A stretch of DNA of 64,000 nt from Octopus sinensis (Eukaryota): the NCBI RefSeq assembly GCF_006345805.1, contig NC_043001.1, positions 42,470,001 to 42,534,000 of the forward strand. Direction: 5' to 3'. Position 1 is the first letter of the stretch; each line of letters begins with the position of its first letter. Positions 52,861-64,000 of this stretch are shown here, piece by piece. The position numbers were made by a program, and so were the translations under genes. The notes beneath the pieces are model-generated. The model searched no databases and was not told the origin of the DNA. It saw only the letters and a program-made list of their open reading frames with translations.

Positions 52861-54302
52861 CAGAAGCTATCAACTACTTCTAGTTTTTCTCCCTGAAATA
52901 ACTCCTGAAATATGCATATACACCCATTGCCTATTTTTTTGTCTTTGATTATATTGTTTACATAGATCTATTTGTATACGGAACATTGTAACTTTTAGTG
53001 CTGGCTCAAATTTCTATAGAAACTCTGAATCACACTGCTAACACAGTATTGACTCATAAGCCTTTAATATACTTGGTACTATATCGTGATTGCATAACTA
53101 AATACTGTGTCCCTACCAGCAATTGATATTTACATACCAGTTGCCAGGAATGAGTTTAATATGTAAAATTAATATATCCAATTGTGTTACACTGCTAAAT
53201 TTAGTGGTTATTTAAGCAATGTATTCATAGATGGTTCATGGGTTGGGTGTGCTCTCATTGTTTACATAGACTTATACAAAATAATTTTTAGTGCTGGCTC
53301 TGATTTTTATAGAAATAACTTCAAAAAGTGATATACATATACAGACACTTGTTTAATTTGATTACTCAATACAGTCTCTTTGCAGGTACTTATTTTTTTA
53401 ATGTATAAAAAGCAAAATTATTCAAGATATTAACTACTATGCCACATGCTACCTTTGTAAGATGTTTCAAATACCTTTGCAGCAGAACAAACGATTACTA
53501 TGATGGCAATCATTATAATGGCTTTATTGGCTATAAGGCTATTGACTTGAACATTGCAACTACTACTGTAACAAAATGACTATTATATTCTGTTTTCTTC
53601 ACACCATAGGTATACCAAATTTCAGAAATTTCTTCATACCATTTGTCCACTGCTGAAAGTGCTCGTTACAAGTTTTACAGATAATGTGTGGAGCCCATGT
53701 CTTATCTTGGTCCCCTAGTTCTATTTTGAAATAGCTTAAGTATGCCCTTTTCATAAAATCAGTAATGAATTTTCTTTGTTCCCTGAACGTATGCTCTCCT
53801 CAAATGTAACAAAAGCAATCTGGATGACTCAAACACTTTCTACACGAGGAAGACATGTTATCACTTGTAAGGGAGAAAAAATAAATAGCAGACAAAAGTG
53901 AAAATAAGTTTATGAAATAGGTTTCTGCTGAATCAGTAAGCGCCATGTAAAATACCTTGTAGCCTACAAAGATACCAAGAATGATTCAGCTGACAATGCG
54001 CAATCTAAAGAAAAATATTGACAGTAATTTGGAAGATGGGCCTACCCTTTTGAATTCTGGGAAGGGAAATGCAATACCAACCTTTTAATCTCAAAGCCAG
54101 GGGCAGACTGACTCAGTGGGAAGCGAAGAGATGTCACCAAGGTAGCAAAATGCTCTATAATGTTACACAGAAAAGCTGTGACAGGCACGTGAGGGGTACA
54201 TTTATTGACAAGTATGGCTAACCACAAATGAATCTGGGAGAGGCCACCGACAGGATCATTACAAAATCACAGATGGTAATTAATGTATTTAGCAAATACC
54301 TT

Positions 54303-54359
54303 AATACTTATTTAAATACAAAGAGTATTTTAAATATGCATTGTATTTAAATAAGTATT
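54303..54359. repeat. Perfect 19-bp AT-rich inverted repeat
   Basis: AATACTTATTTAAATACAA / TTGTATTTAAATAAGTATT. Confidence 0.8.
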
Positions 54360-55849
54360 CAAGTATTTGTATAATAACACCGTTGGCAGCTTATCCCTGA
54401 TTCATGTGTGGACAGCTGTAAATTACCTCAAAAAGTAGAGCTGCTAGAAAGAAATGAAGGACATATTCTTATTTGGAGGACTGAACATATCTAAAATCAG
54501 GTCTAAAACATGAAGCATCAAAAATTTTTTTTGCATTTGTTTCCCAGTGTAATCAAAGCCTTGTGAGTGGATTTGGTAGATGGAAACTGATAGTTAAGTG
54601 GACTGAACCAATGAAAGCATGTTAGCCATAGGCACAATGCAATGCAGGTGATGGGGTATCAAATTTCATTGTTTTGGTTGCTAATCTGGCAGCCAGTTTA
54701 GCACAAAGTCTCATACAAGAGAGGTTGTATATAAATCTCACGAAAAGACCTTTTCAAGTGAGAAAAGGAGACTACTTTCTTTAAGGGTGTTGGCAAAGAG
54801 ATTACACATTCAGTGCTAAGTTCCAAAACCAGTAGTACAAGACCTGACAATAAAAAAAAATATGCTGTAAAAACTTACTTTCAGTACTCTCAAAGAGCAC
54901 TTTATCATTGAGACCAAGTCAAAGCTCTGGCATCTCACATCTTGCTGCAGCCAACAATTTCGCTATGCAAAAAACATTGCCGTTTGCACTCACCTGACGA
55001 TTGAGAGAATTTTCATCTAAACAGAGGGTTTGTAGTTTTTAATTTACAACAAATTTTTCAGCATTGGGCATAGGTGGAATGGTTTTTTCAAAAATTTGGT
55101 TATTATACATTATTGGAGAAATTTATTTTAGTACTTAATTCACTACCTACTATCACTAGAAACTCAACTGCAGTCCTCTAGACTAGTATTCCAAATTATT
55201 CAGGCATTCTAAAACAGACGGAGTTAGGTCCCTTACCTCAGGGATCCATACAATATAGTAGTGGAAATAAAAACTTGTAATCTTGTGTTTAACATTTTGA
55301 CATCAATCCTCCGAGGCTGCTTTTGGTTCTGCCATACAAGACTACCTGTAAGTCCATAATATATATATACATATATATATATATAGTGTGTGTGTGTATA
55401 TATATATACACACACATGTGTGTGTGTGTGTCATTCATCACTGCTTGACAACTGATGTTGGTTTAGTCCCTGTAACTTAGCAGTTCAGTAAATATTTTTA
55501 TTTTCATGTTGGTGTTGATGTACTTGACTCAACAGGTCTCCTCAAGCACAACGGGTCACTCTACGATCTAAGGTTAGCACAGCAGGCCGTCTGGTGAGCC
55601 ATGAACTCACTTCATTTGTTGGGTCTTCGCAGTCATAGCATACCTCAAAGGTCTCGGTCTTTCATCATTTCCACTGTGAGGACCAACGTGCCACTGGAAC
55701 GGGTATCACAACTACAATATCCATTTGATTTTTATTTTGGTTTTGATGTACTTGACTCATTAGGTCTCCTCAAGTAAAGCAGGTCGCCCTACGATCCAAG
55801 GTAAAGGTGATGCATTAGATACAAATAATTAGAGGTATCAAGTGCTTGG

Positions 55850-57310
55850 ATTAGGTAATGAAAGTCATGGAGAGGTTTATAGCCCAAATAATTAAGGAGA
55901 GAGTCAGTCTAGATGTGATGCAGTTTGGGTTTGTGCCAGGGAAAAGCACCACTGATGCTATATTTCTGGTAAGACAGCTGCAGGAGAAATATCTAGCCAA
56001 AGATAAACCTCTGTACCTAGCTTTCGTTGATATGGAGAAAGCCTTTGACAGGGACACCTGATCCCTTATCTGGTGGAATGAGGAAACTAGGGATAGAAGA
56101 ATGGTTAGTGAAAGTTGTACAAGCCATGTACAGAGATGCTGTCAGTAAGGTGAGGGTTGGCAACGAGTACAGTGAAGAATTCTGGGTAGGGGTCTACCAA
56201 GGATCAATCGTCAGCCCCATCTTATTCATCATAGTCCTCCAGACAATAACAGAAATTCAAGACAGGATGCTCCTCTATGCTGATGACCTTGTTCTATTAG
56301 CTGAGTCACTATCAGAACTAGAGAAGTTTCAAGTGTGGAAGTAAGGACTAGAATCAAAGGGCCTTAGAGTCAGCCTAGCAAAAACCAAAGTCTTAATAAG
56401 TAGTAAGGCTAACAAACCACAAATCCCTTCAGGTAAATGACCCTGCTATATCTGTAGAAAATGTATAGGTAGAAAGTCCTATAAGATGTACCCAGTGTAA
56501 GCTATGAAGACAGAAGAGGTGCAGCAATATCAAAGGAAGGCTAACTGGGAAAATAGTTTTTGTGTGGCAAACGCTCAGGAGCAATAAACACTGAAAATGT
56601 GCAGAGAACAGCTTCCGTCATATTCCAGGGGGAAAACTACAAGTAGTTGATAGCTTCCATTACCTAGGTGATCAAGTCAGTAGCAGGAATGGATGCTCTG
56701 AAAGTGTAGTCGCTAGAATAAGAATAGCCTAGGCATAGTTCAGAGAGCTCCTACCTTTGCTGGTGACAAAGGGCTCCAACCTCTGCTGGTGACAAAGGGC
56801 CTCTTGCTCAGAGTAAAAGGTAGACTGTATGACGATTGTGTGCGAACAGCCATGCTACAAGGCAGTGAAACATGGGCTATGACTGCTGAAAACATGTGTA
56901 AGCTTGCAAGGAATGAAGCTAGTATGCTCCGTTGGATGTGTAATGTCAGTGTGGATACATGACAGAGTGTAAGCGCCTTGAAAGAAAAGTTTGACATAAG
57001 AAGCATCATTCAAGCATGTCATTGCCAGTGGCATGTAAAAAGCACCATTTGAGTGTGGTCGTTGCCAGCGTCGCCTGACTGGCTCCTGTGCCTGTGGCAC
57101 ATAAAAATCACCATTTGAGCGTGGTCAATGCTGGTGGCATGTTAAAACACCCACTACACTCTCGAAATGGTTGGCGTTAGAAAGGGCATCCAGCTGTAGA
57201 AACTTTGCCAGATCATATTGCAGTCCTGTGCAGCCTTCTGGTTCACCAACCCTCAGTCAAACTGTCCAACCTATGCCAGCATGGAATGCAAATGTTAAAC
57301 GACGATAATG
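55850..57310 (+). mobile_element. Decayed RTE-A RT (domains 1-7 + C-terminus) and tail
   Basis: QFGFVPGKSTTDAIFLVRQLQEK...AFVDMEKAFDR...LLYADDLVL, with frameshifts and stops. Confidence 0.92.
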
Positions 57311-57384
57311 ATTACCAATGTGATGTTGAGTACTCATTCCAATGTTCTACATTTACATGTGTGTGTGTATATATATATATATAG

Positions 57385-57769
57385 GCTCCTGAGGCTTGCT
57401 GGTGTCTTGGAAACCTTTTGGTAAACGGAAAAAGTTGAAGACTCAGCTTGCTTGAGTGCCTGTGGATCATTTACAGTGTTTTCTTGAATGGACAGCAAAG
57501 CCTGATTTGCTTCATACCACAAAGACAGGTAAGGTTTCCATTTAGAGGAGCAGTGTTTTGCCAGCATGCCTTCATGCTTGCATGAAGTTGGTCCTGATGT
57601 TGGAGTTGACTTTGCTCAAATTTTTGAACTCAAGAGAAGCAGGACTGGTGCCAAGTCCTGTGTTCTGATGCTTTGTTTTCCCAGGAAGAAAAGGGAATGC
57701 TGCATCATTTCAGATTGTTTTTTAGTTTATCTTTGAAACACAAGAATGGCCTTCCAACTGACCTTCCTA

Positions 57770-57775
<6 letters not shown>
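57385..57775 (-). mobile_element. Old BovB-like RTE RT C-terminal remnant
   Basis: GRSVGRPFLCFKDKLKNNLK*CSIPFSSWENKASEHRTWHQ. Confidence 0.6.
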
Positions 57776-57808
<33 letters not shown>

Positions 57809-58092
57809 CTTCACTTCCTTCCTTTTCCAGATCTTTTCTCCTCCATTCCCAGTGTCTGAAGGACAGTGACTAAAATGTTATAGCCAGAGTCTTTTCCTTC
57901 TCTCAAGCATCAAACTAATAACATCAAATGTGAATTTATCCTTTCTGCATTTCTTTTTTCTTTGTATCTTTGTCATATATTTATCACATCTTCACATGAA
58001 CCTTGTACAAATATCTAGCCAATTCCTTTGATCATTGACGAATGTTACACTTTGGATTAGTTTCCTCTATTTGATTTTAAGCAAACAATTCA

Positions 58093-58308
58093 AGGTGGCA
58101 AGCTGGCAGAAATGTCAGCATACCGGGCGAAATGCTTAGCGGTATTTCGTCTGTCTTTACGTTCTCAGTTCAAATTCCGTTAAGGTTGACTTTGCCTTTC
58201 ATTCTTTCAGGGTTAATAAATTAAGTACCAGTTGCATACTGGGGTCAATCTAATCGACTGGCCCCCATCCCCAAAATTTCGGGCCTTGTACCTAGAGTAG
58301 AAAAGAAT
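58093..58308 (+). mobile_element. tRNA-derived SINE with Deu/Nin-like central domain
   Basis: GTTCAAATTCC B-box followed by GCCTTTCATTCTTTCAGGGTTAATAAATTAAGTACCAG, which resembles the Deu/Nin domain as I recall it. A more decayed relative lies near 13185-13390. Confidence 0.65.
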
Positions 58309-58639
58309 GTTAAGCAAACAGCTGAATACTATCTTGGATTACATCATATCTTTACCATTGATTATACATCACCACAATTCTTCATGAGACAAACCTCTGC
58401 ATCACCTCACTTATTTTCAGCACTCCCAACATCCCTCAGGTGCATGTCCTGATAAATTTTTGCCACCAACTCTCTCACTATTGCTCTCTTTATCTTACTC
58501 TCTGACTCACCCACTTTTTTAATCTTCTCTTTACCTCACTTGCCTTTCTATTCTAAGTGGGGTATCCATGTATCTACTCTATACTTTTGATCTCTCCATC
58601 GATTGGCACAAAGTCACCCCTCCTCTCAGTTGAGGGATT

Positions 58640-58968
58640 CTTACCTTCTTTTGTCTTGCAAGGTACTTGGTGACCTTGTCAGTGACAGTGCCACATCAAA
58701 AGCACTAGTGTTGGTGCCATGTAAAAGCACTGGTGCTGGTACCACATAAAAAGCATTGGTGCTGGTACCATGTAAAAAGAATTGGTGCTGGTGCCACATA
58801 AAATTCACCCAGTACACTGTATAGTGATTGGCGTTACAAAGGGCATCCAACCATAGAAACCATGCCAAAACAGACAATGGAGCTTGGACCAACTGTCTTA
58901 CCAGCTCCTGTCAAACTGTCCAACACATGCCAGCATGGAAAATGGACATTAAATGATGATGATGGTGA
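58640..58968 (+). mobile_element. RTE-A tail with shortened 26-27-nt repeat units
   Basis: About four GTGCTGGT(G/A)CCA(T/C)(G/A)TAAAA units, then the family-A terminus. Confidence 0.75.
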
Positions 58969-59828
58969 TGTATAAATGCATATACATGTATGCATGTGTG
59001 TGTGTGAAAGAGGGAATGTGAGTACTTTCCTTATCATGTGAGCAAAGAGATGTTACATTCCTTTTAGACAGGATGATTCCAATTTTGAAAATCAGCAGTG
59101 AGAACTGGCAACAAGAAGAATATCCAGTTATAAAATCCTGCTTCAAGTCAATTCTCATGCAAACCATGCTCATATGGATAAATCGGAAGTTAAACTACTG
59201 TTTGTAACATCCACATTGTGGAAATAAACAAATATTTTTAAAAAGTGAGTCTGTCCTGACATTTTTACAACTAGTTGGCCACTTTTTAGAGGACAAGTAT
59301 CCAACATCCTACTAAGGAAATTGCAAAGTAAATGCTATTTAAATCAGTCACAAACTGTAATGGCTAGAGTAAATTGCATATCATACAATTTAAAATTTCT
59401 AATACATATTTTTATGCATGAAGAACGTGTATTAGAGAAATTAAGTTAAATTCAATGTAGTTAAGCTTCATTAAGATTCAAATTCATAAAAAATACAAAT
59501 TTATTCATTTGAAAAATACAAAAATTTCATGTGATTTTACAAGGAAAATATAATCTCGTTTTAAATGTATAGAATTATTACATTTTTATAGTTTTGGAGG
59601 ATCATACTACTAAATGAAAGACACACACCAGTTATATTTCACTTCAATTTTATGTTTAGCTAAATTAACTTGTAAAAGTTCTTTTGTCACACTATTTGAT
59701 TTTATTGAAAGATGATGTCTCCGACACCTTCTCCTTACTATCACTCACTTCTTCTTTGGTTGTTAAGGGATATATCCCCAATCTATAAGGCTGTTATTAC
59801 TTAAATTGCTATTATAATTAAATAACTA

Positions 59829-61096
59829 CAAGGTTGAGCTGAAAAGTTCATAGGCTGACTATACTAGAGCTGTGAAATCTTGCCTGCATTAATGTCACCT
59901 CTCCTTCTTAATAACTACATTGTTTCTTTCCAAGTCAACTGACTGTTCAAAGAAAACTTCAAAAGTAATTAGTAGCGACTTCACTTGAAGATGGACAAAA
60001 TTTGGATTCATGGTGTTATCAAGAACCAGTAGAAAAGGGGTTTAGATCCCTAGGGCATATAAAGTGACATGGTTGTTACATTAGGGAATGCTGCTCCACC
60101 TTTATCAACAGTACAAAAGTGGGCAGCTGAACTTAGGAGGAGAAGGGAGAGTCTTGAAGATGACCCAAGGTCTGGACATACTGTAACTATCATCACCTAA
60201 GAAAACATTGATTGTGTTCACCACATGGTGAAGGATGACAAGCAATTCACTATAAATCAAATAGCCAATGCTATTAGCATATCCCATTAGAGAGTTATTC
60301 TACACAACAAACTTGGCATGACAAATGTTTCTGCTTAGTGGATGCCACATCTGACACCTGATCAAAAGTGCACCAGACTAATCATATCACAGGAAAATTT
60401 GATATTGTTTGAGGCAGATCCAACTGGCTTCCTTGAACATTACCTAACACAGGATAAGTGTTGGCTTTATCACTTTCAGCCAGAGACAAACAGACAATAC
60501 ATGCAATGGAAACACCCTTCCTCTCCTGCTCCAAAAAAGGCAGAGGTCATTTTATCTACAGAGAATGTGATGGCCTCAGTTTTTGGGGATGAGAAAGGAA
60601 TTGTGTTTATTGATTATCTTCAAAAGGACCACACCATCAATGGAGAATACTATTTCAGTTTGCTAAGACAGTTATAAAAGGCTATCAAGACCAAACACCC
60701 AGGAAAACTGATGAAAGGAGTCTTGTTACATTCAAAGATAGTCCCAAACCAATCAAAGTCTTGTAAATGGAGTACACAAGTCCTTCTTTTCAATGGTTGC
60801 TGTGCATGACTGTGGCTTTGAACTGGTTGATCACACTCCCTGTTTTCCTGATTTGGCCCTATCTGACTATTACTTGTTCTCCACCATGAAAAAGCACCTG
60901 GCTGGGAACTGGTATTGCAGTGGTGATGATGTCATATCTACTGGTGATGACACTTTTTCACCAATTGAATCCAAGCACTGCAACACTGATGGAAGAGTGA
61001 GGGGACTGCAAGGGGTCTTGTTGAAAAATAAACCTCATTGGTCGCATTGCATGCGAGTATCTTGATCAGTCTATGCACTTTACAGCTGACCCTCAG
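59829..61096 (+). mobile_element. Mariner family B, full-length pseudogenised copy
   Basis: TIR C(A/G)AGG(G/T)T..GCTG(A/T)AAAGT(T/G)CATAG(G/A)CTGA. Motifs WMP-LT, TQDKCW, FPDLALSDYYLF. Multiple stops. Confidence 0.9.
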
Positions 61097-61699
61097 GTGT
61101 CAGATGTGGCATCCACTAAGCAGAAACATTCGTTATGCTAAGTTTATTGTGTAGAATAACTCTCTAATGGGATATACTAATAGCATTGGCTATTTGATTT
61201 ATAGTGAATTGCCTGTCATCCTTCACCAAGAAAGTACAACAGTATTTCTTTTATCACAGAATATCACAATACGAATATTGCAAAACAAAGGCAAAAATAA
61301 AATTATACACTATCATAAAAACTGATGAATAGCTGTAAGGTTTTGGATAAGAAGCTTCAGATGTTAATCTATAAGCTTCTGCAAAAGCTACTTGATTGTT
61401 TGGATTTCCATTCTTTTCATCAAACCAAAGAACAAAACAAGGTTTTTGAGAAACTACTTTCCATGAATGATCCCAAACCTTTTCACAAAAGTTGGTAGAT
61501 GTCTTAAATACCTCTGAAATTTTTTGACATTTACTTCCAGTTACGCAAGTATTTGTTCCTGCAATTAAAATAAAATGTAAAGATTATGAGAAACAAAAAA
61601 AAAAACAGCTTCTTTATTTGTTTATAAGAAAGTAAAAAGTGCTTACTTTTTTAATTATTTTTTGTACTAACATTGACTTTTTAATACCATACACACACA

Positions 61700-61830
61700 C
61701 ACAAGTTTGATTTCCAAGTGTGTGGTTTCAGGGTTCAGTCCTACTGCATGGCACCTTGGGTCATAATATCTTCTATAGCCCCAAGTCAACCAAAGCCTTG
61801 TAAATGGATTTGGTAGATGGAAACTGGAAA
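61700..61830 (+). mobile_element. S1 SINE fragment
   Basis: GGGTTCAGTCCTACTGCATGGCACCTTGGG...GGATTTGGTAGATGGAAACTG. Confidence 0.7.
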
Positions 61831-62572
61831 AGGAGTGGACGTTAAATGATGATGATGATACAAGCACACATTCAAGAAAGTCATATAAGAATATACTAAG
61901 TACCATACAAGATAAATTCTTGATTTATTGAAATTATCTCCACTTCTAGAGAAAGTAACACAAGTGCTTGGTGACAACTGGGATCAACTTCAAATGAGAA
62001 GGGACATAATCAAAAGAAACGAGGGTTCTCCAAAACTGATATGCCATTTAAGGAAAAGACAATCTGAGTGTCTGGAGATATGAAGACAGCAATGTAAATG
62101 TTTCTACCTGATTAGGTGTCATCAGCACAGCAATTGCCTTACTTTATTACTTGCAGAAGATGATTTCATTTTCGCAAAGTAACTTGTTCTACTCCTTTTT
62201 GTATATATATCTGTTTCATTTGGGACATCAAACCCATTACAAATGTTTTATTATATACTTAGGCAGGACCCTATACTGCAAATTTGTTTGCTTCATTGTA
62301 AAGAATAGATGATAGTTGTTCCGGCACACTTGGCGATAAACTAATGTCTTCTCCAATAAAGAATTAACTTAATGTTATAGAAACCAGTTTAGAACTGAGG
62401 CTAGTGTCATTAAGGATTCAACAAAGGCGTTATCTTCCATATAAGTAGTATATAAGTTTTTTAGGTAATGCAGTTAACAACAGAAATAAAGTTGGTCATA
62501 GAACAGATATAAAATGACAAGAGAAATTCACTAGTATACAGAAAATAATTGGTTTCTTCTTCCCCTGAAAAA

Positions 62573-62945
62573 AGGAGGCATAAGTGTGGCTCAATAAGAA
62601 GTTTGTTTTCCAGTTACATGGTTTCAGATTCATTCCCAGTGTGTAGCACCCTAGGTAAGTGTCTTCCACTATAACACCAGGCCAACCAAAGCATTGTGAG
62701 TAGATTTCATAGAGAGAAACTGAAAGAAGCTTGTCATTATGTGTCTGTCCACCACTACTGCTTAGTGAAACCAAATAGTGTTGGTTTCTTCATGTCCCCA
62801 TAACTTAGTGGTTCGGTGAAAGAGACCAATAGAATAAATATCAGGCTTTGAAACAATAAGCACTGGGGTCAATCTGTTTGATTGAAACCTTTCAAGGCAG
62901 TGCCCTAGCATGGCCACAGACCAATGAATAAAACAAATAAAATGG
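62573..62945 (+). mobile_element. Near full-length degenerate S1 SINE
   Basis: Colinear with the reverse complement of 5296-5705. Confidence 0.8.
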
Positions 62946-63190
62946 AAAATGGTAAAAGAACCATCTGCTGGTATGTTCCAACGTTTCATACTATGCAAAA
63001 ATTCAAATGCATTAAAAGCAGCTCAAGCCATATAAACAATATCAAACACACATACACAAGGTAGGTGTTTTGCTCCTTCATGGATTGGCTATGTTTATAG
63101 GTGTAAGAAAATATGTTCTTATCAATTCACCTAGTGTTAAAATACCTGGAAGTCAGGTGTATATGTATGTATGTATACAAGTGTGTTAGT

Positions 63191-63776
63191 TTTGTTTGTT
63201 CCTTCTCAAGCCACGCCTGGTTCATACTTTACTTGTACTTGTGGGGACATTCACCCTGGGCGGGTTGAGTCGGCTTCTTCTACCACCCTCGAGGCATCTC
63301 AAACCATGGCTGCCCATGCACGACGGTCCTGTGCCAGTTCACTGGAGATAGCGAGCCAGTCACAGTTCCATCGGCACAGGCCGACCACCTGCGGTCCTGT
63401 GAGCATATAGAGGTCCTCCTTGATCGTCGTAACCCAGGTCTTCAGCTGCCCGCCCGCGCGTTTCCGCCAGTTGGGAGGTGGAGTTGGGAGAAGGACATCA
63501 CGGCTCATAGGTGCTGGTTTCCCAGTTTCCTTGGCATATAGGTTCTCCACCTGGACGGGACGTTGGTCCGTCACAGCTGAGTTGTAAGATGCAGGAGGAA
63601 AGAGTGAGAGAAAGTTGTGGCAAAAGAGTCAGCAGAAGCTCGCCATTACCTTCTGCCGGAGCCGCATGGAGCTTAGGTGTTTCATTCATAAACACACACA
63701 TCGCCCGGTCTGAGATTCGAACCTGCGATCCCTAGACCACAAGTCCGCTGCTCTAACCACTAGGCCATGAGCCTCC
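63191..63776 (-). mobile_element. tRNA-head SINE with Meta-like domain and 14-bp TSD, carrying a nested RTE fragment
   Basis: TSD ACAAGTGTGTTAGT at 63177-63190 and 63777-63790. A/B boxes present. CTGTGACGGACCAACGTCCCGTCCAGG resembles the Meta domain. Confidence 0.8.
63227..63501 (-). mobile_element. 5'-truncated RTE LINE (family C), RT C-terminus + CAAGTA tail
   Basis: Translates as LLPTPPPNWRKRAGGQLKTWVTTIKEDL...ELAQDRRAWAAMV. TSD GG(T/C)TCATA at 63219-63226 / 63502-63509. Confidence 0.8.
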
Positions 63777-64000
63777 ACAAGTGTGTTAGTGTTTGTCCAT
63801 CACTACTGCTTGACAATCAGGGTGGATTTGTTTACATCCCCATAACTCAGCAGTTCAGCAAAAGAAACTGACAGAACTATTGGGGCCAATTTGTTTGACT
63901 AAAACCTTTCAAGGCAGAGCTCCAGCATGGCCACAGACTAATAAGTGAAACAAGTAAAAGATAAAAGAAATGGAATATAGGTGATGTAAAATGATACTAG

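Noticed and set aside
59065-59205. Short + strand open stretch after a possible acceptor (MIPILKISSENWQQEEYP...)
   Set aside because: No recognisable homology and no donor or partner exons, so a second gene cannot be supported.
63470-63580. Idea that the SINE naturally carries an RTE-derived 3' tail
   Set aside because: The inner 8-bp TSD and the SINE's own tail beyond the RTE piece indicate a nested insertion.

Overview
AT-rich, repeat-dense eukaryotic DNA. It is most likely from a coleoid cephalopod (Octopus), inferred from the tRNA-SINE families, (GAT)n-tailed RTE LINEs and microsatellite load. The only host gene I can support is GSK-3 (GSK3B/shaggy orthologue) on the + strand. It has seven GT-AG exons (13649-13732, 18060-18170, 26310-26440, 27255-27361, 37158-37351, 40542-40728, 41462-41649) that splice into an intact 333-aa frame from NRELQ to the stop. 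The two upstream exons lie before the window. An almost TE-free tract of about 6 kb follows the stop and is probably a long 3'UTR. The rest is transposon debris: several RTE families, a CR1/L2/Jockey-type RT remnant, a Penelope GIY-YIG remnant, three or four tRNA-SINE families, a full-length decayed pogo/Tigger element, two mariner families, a DD41D derivative and piggyBac-like MITEs. Most ORF-track entries are spurious or TE fragments. Best leads: (1) a minimal type I hammerhead-like motif with G3:C8 covariation beside the Penelope remnant, in the loop of an 85-bp near-perfect inverted repeat (this copy carries a probably inactivating G5A); (2) an unclassified element of about 200 nt built from seven consecutive hairpins; (3) hammerhead parts in a non-canonical order near 50.2 kb; (4) three locally templated insertions; (5) inverted RTE pairs that should form long dsRNA in the GSK3 pre-mRNA. 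I found no convincing new protein-coding system.
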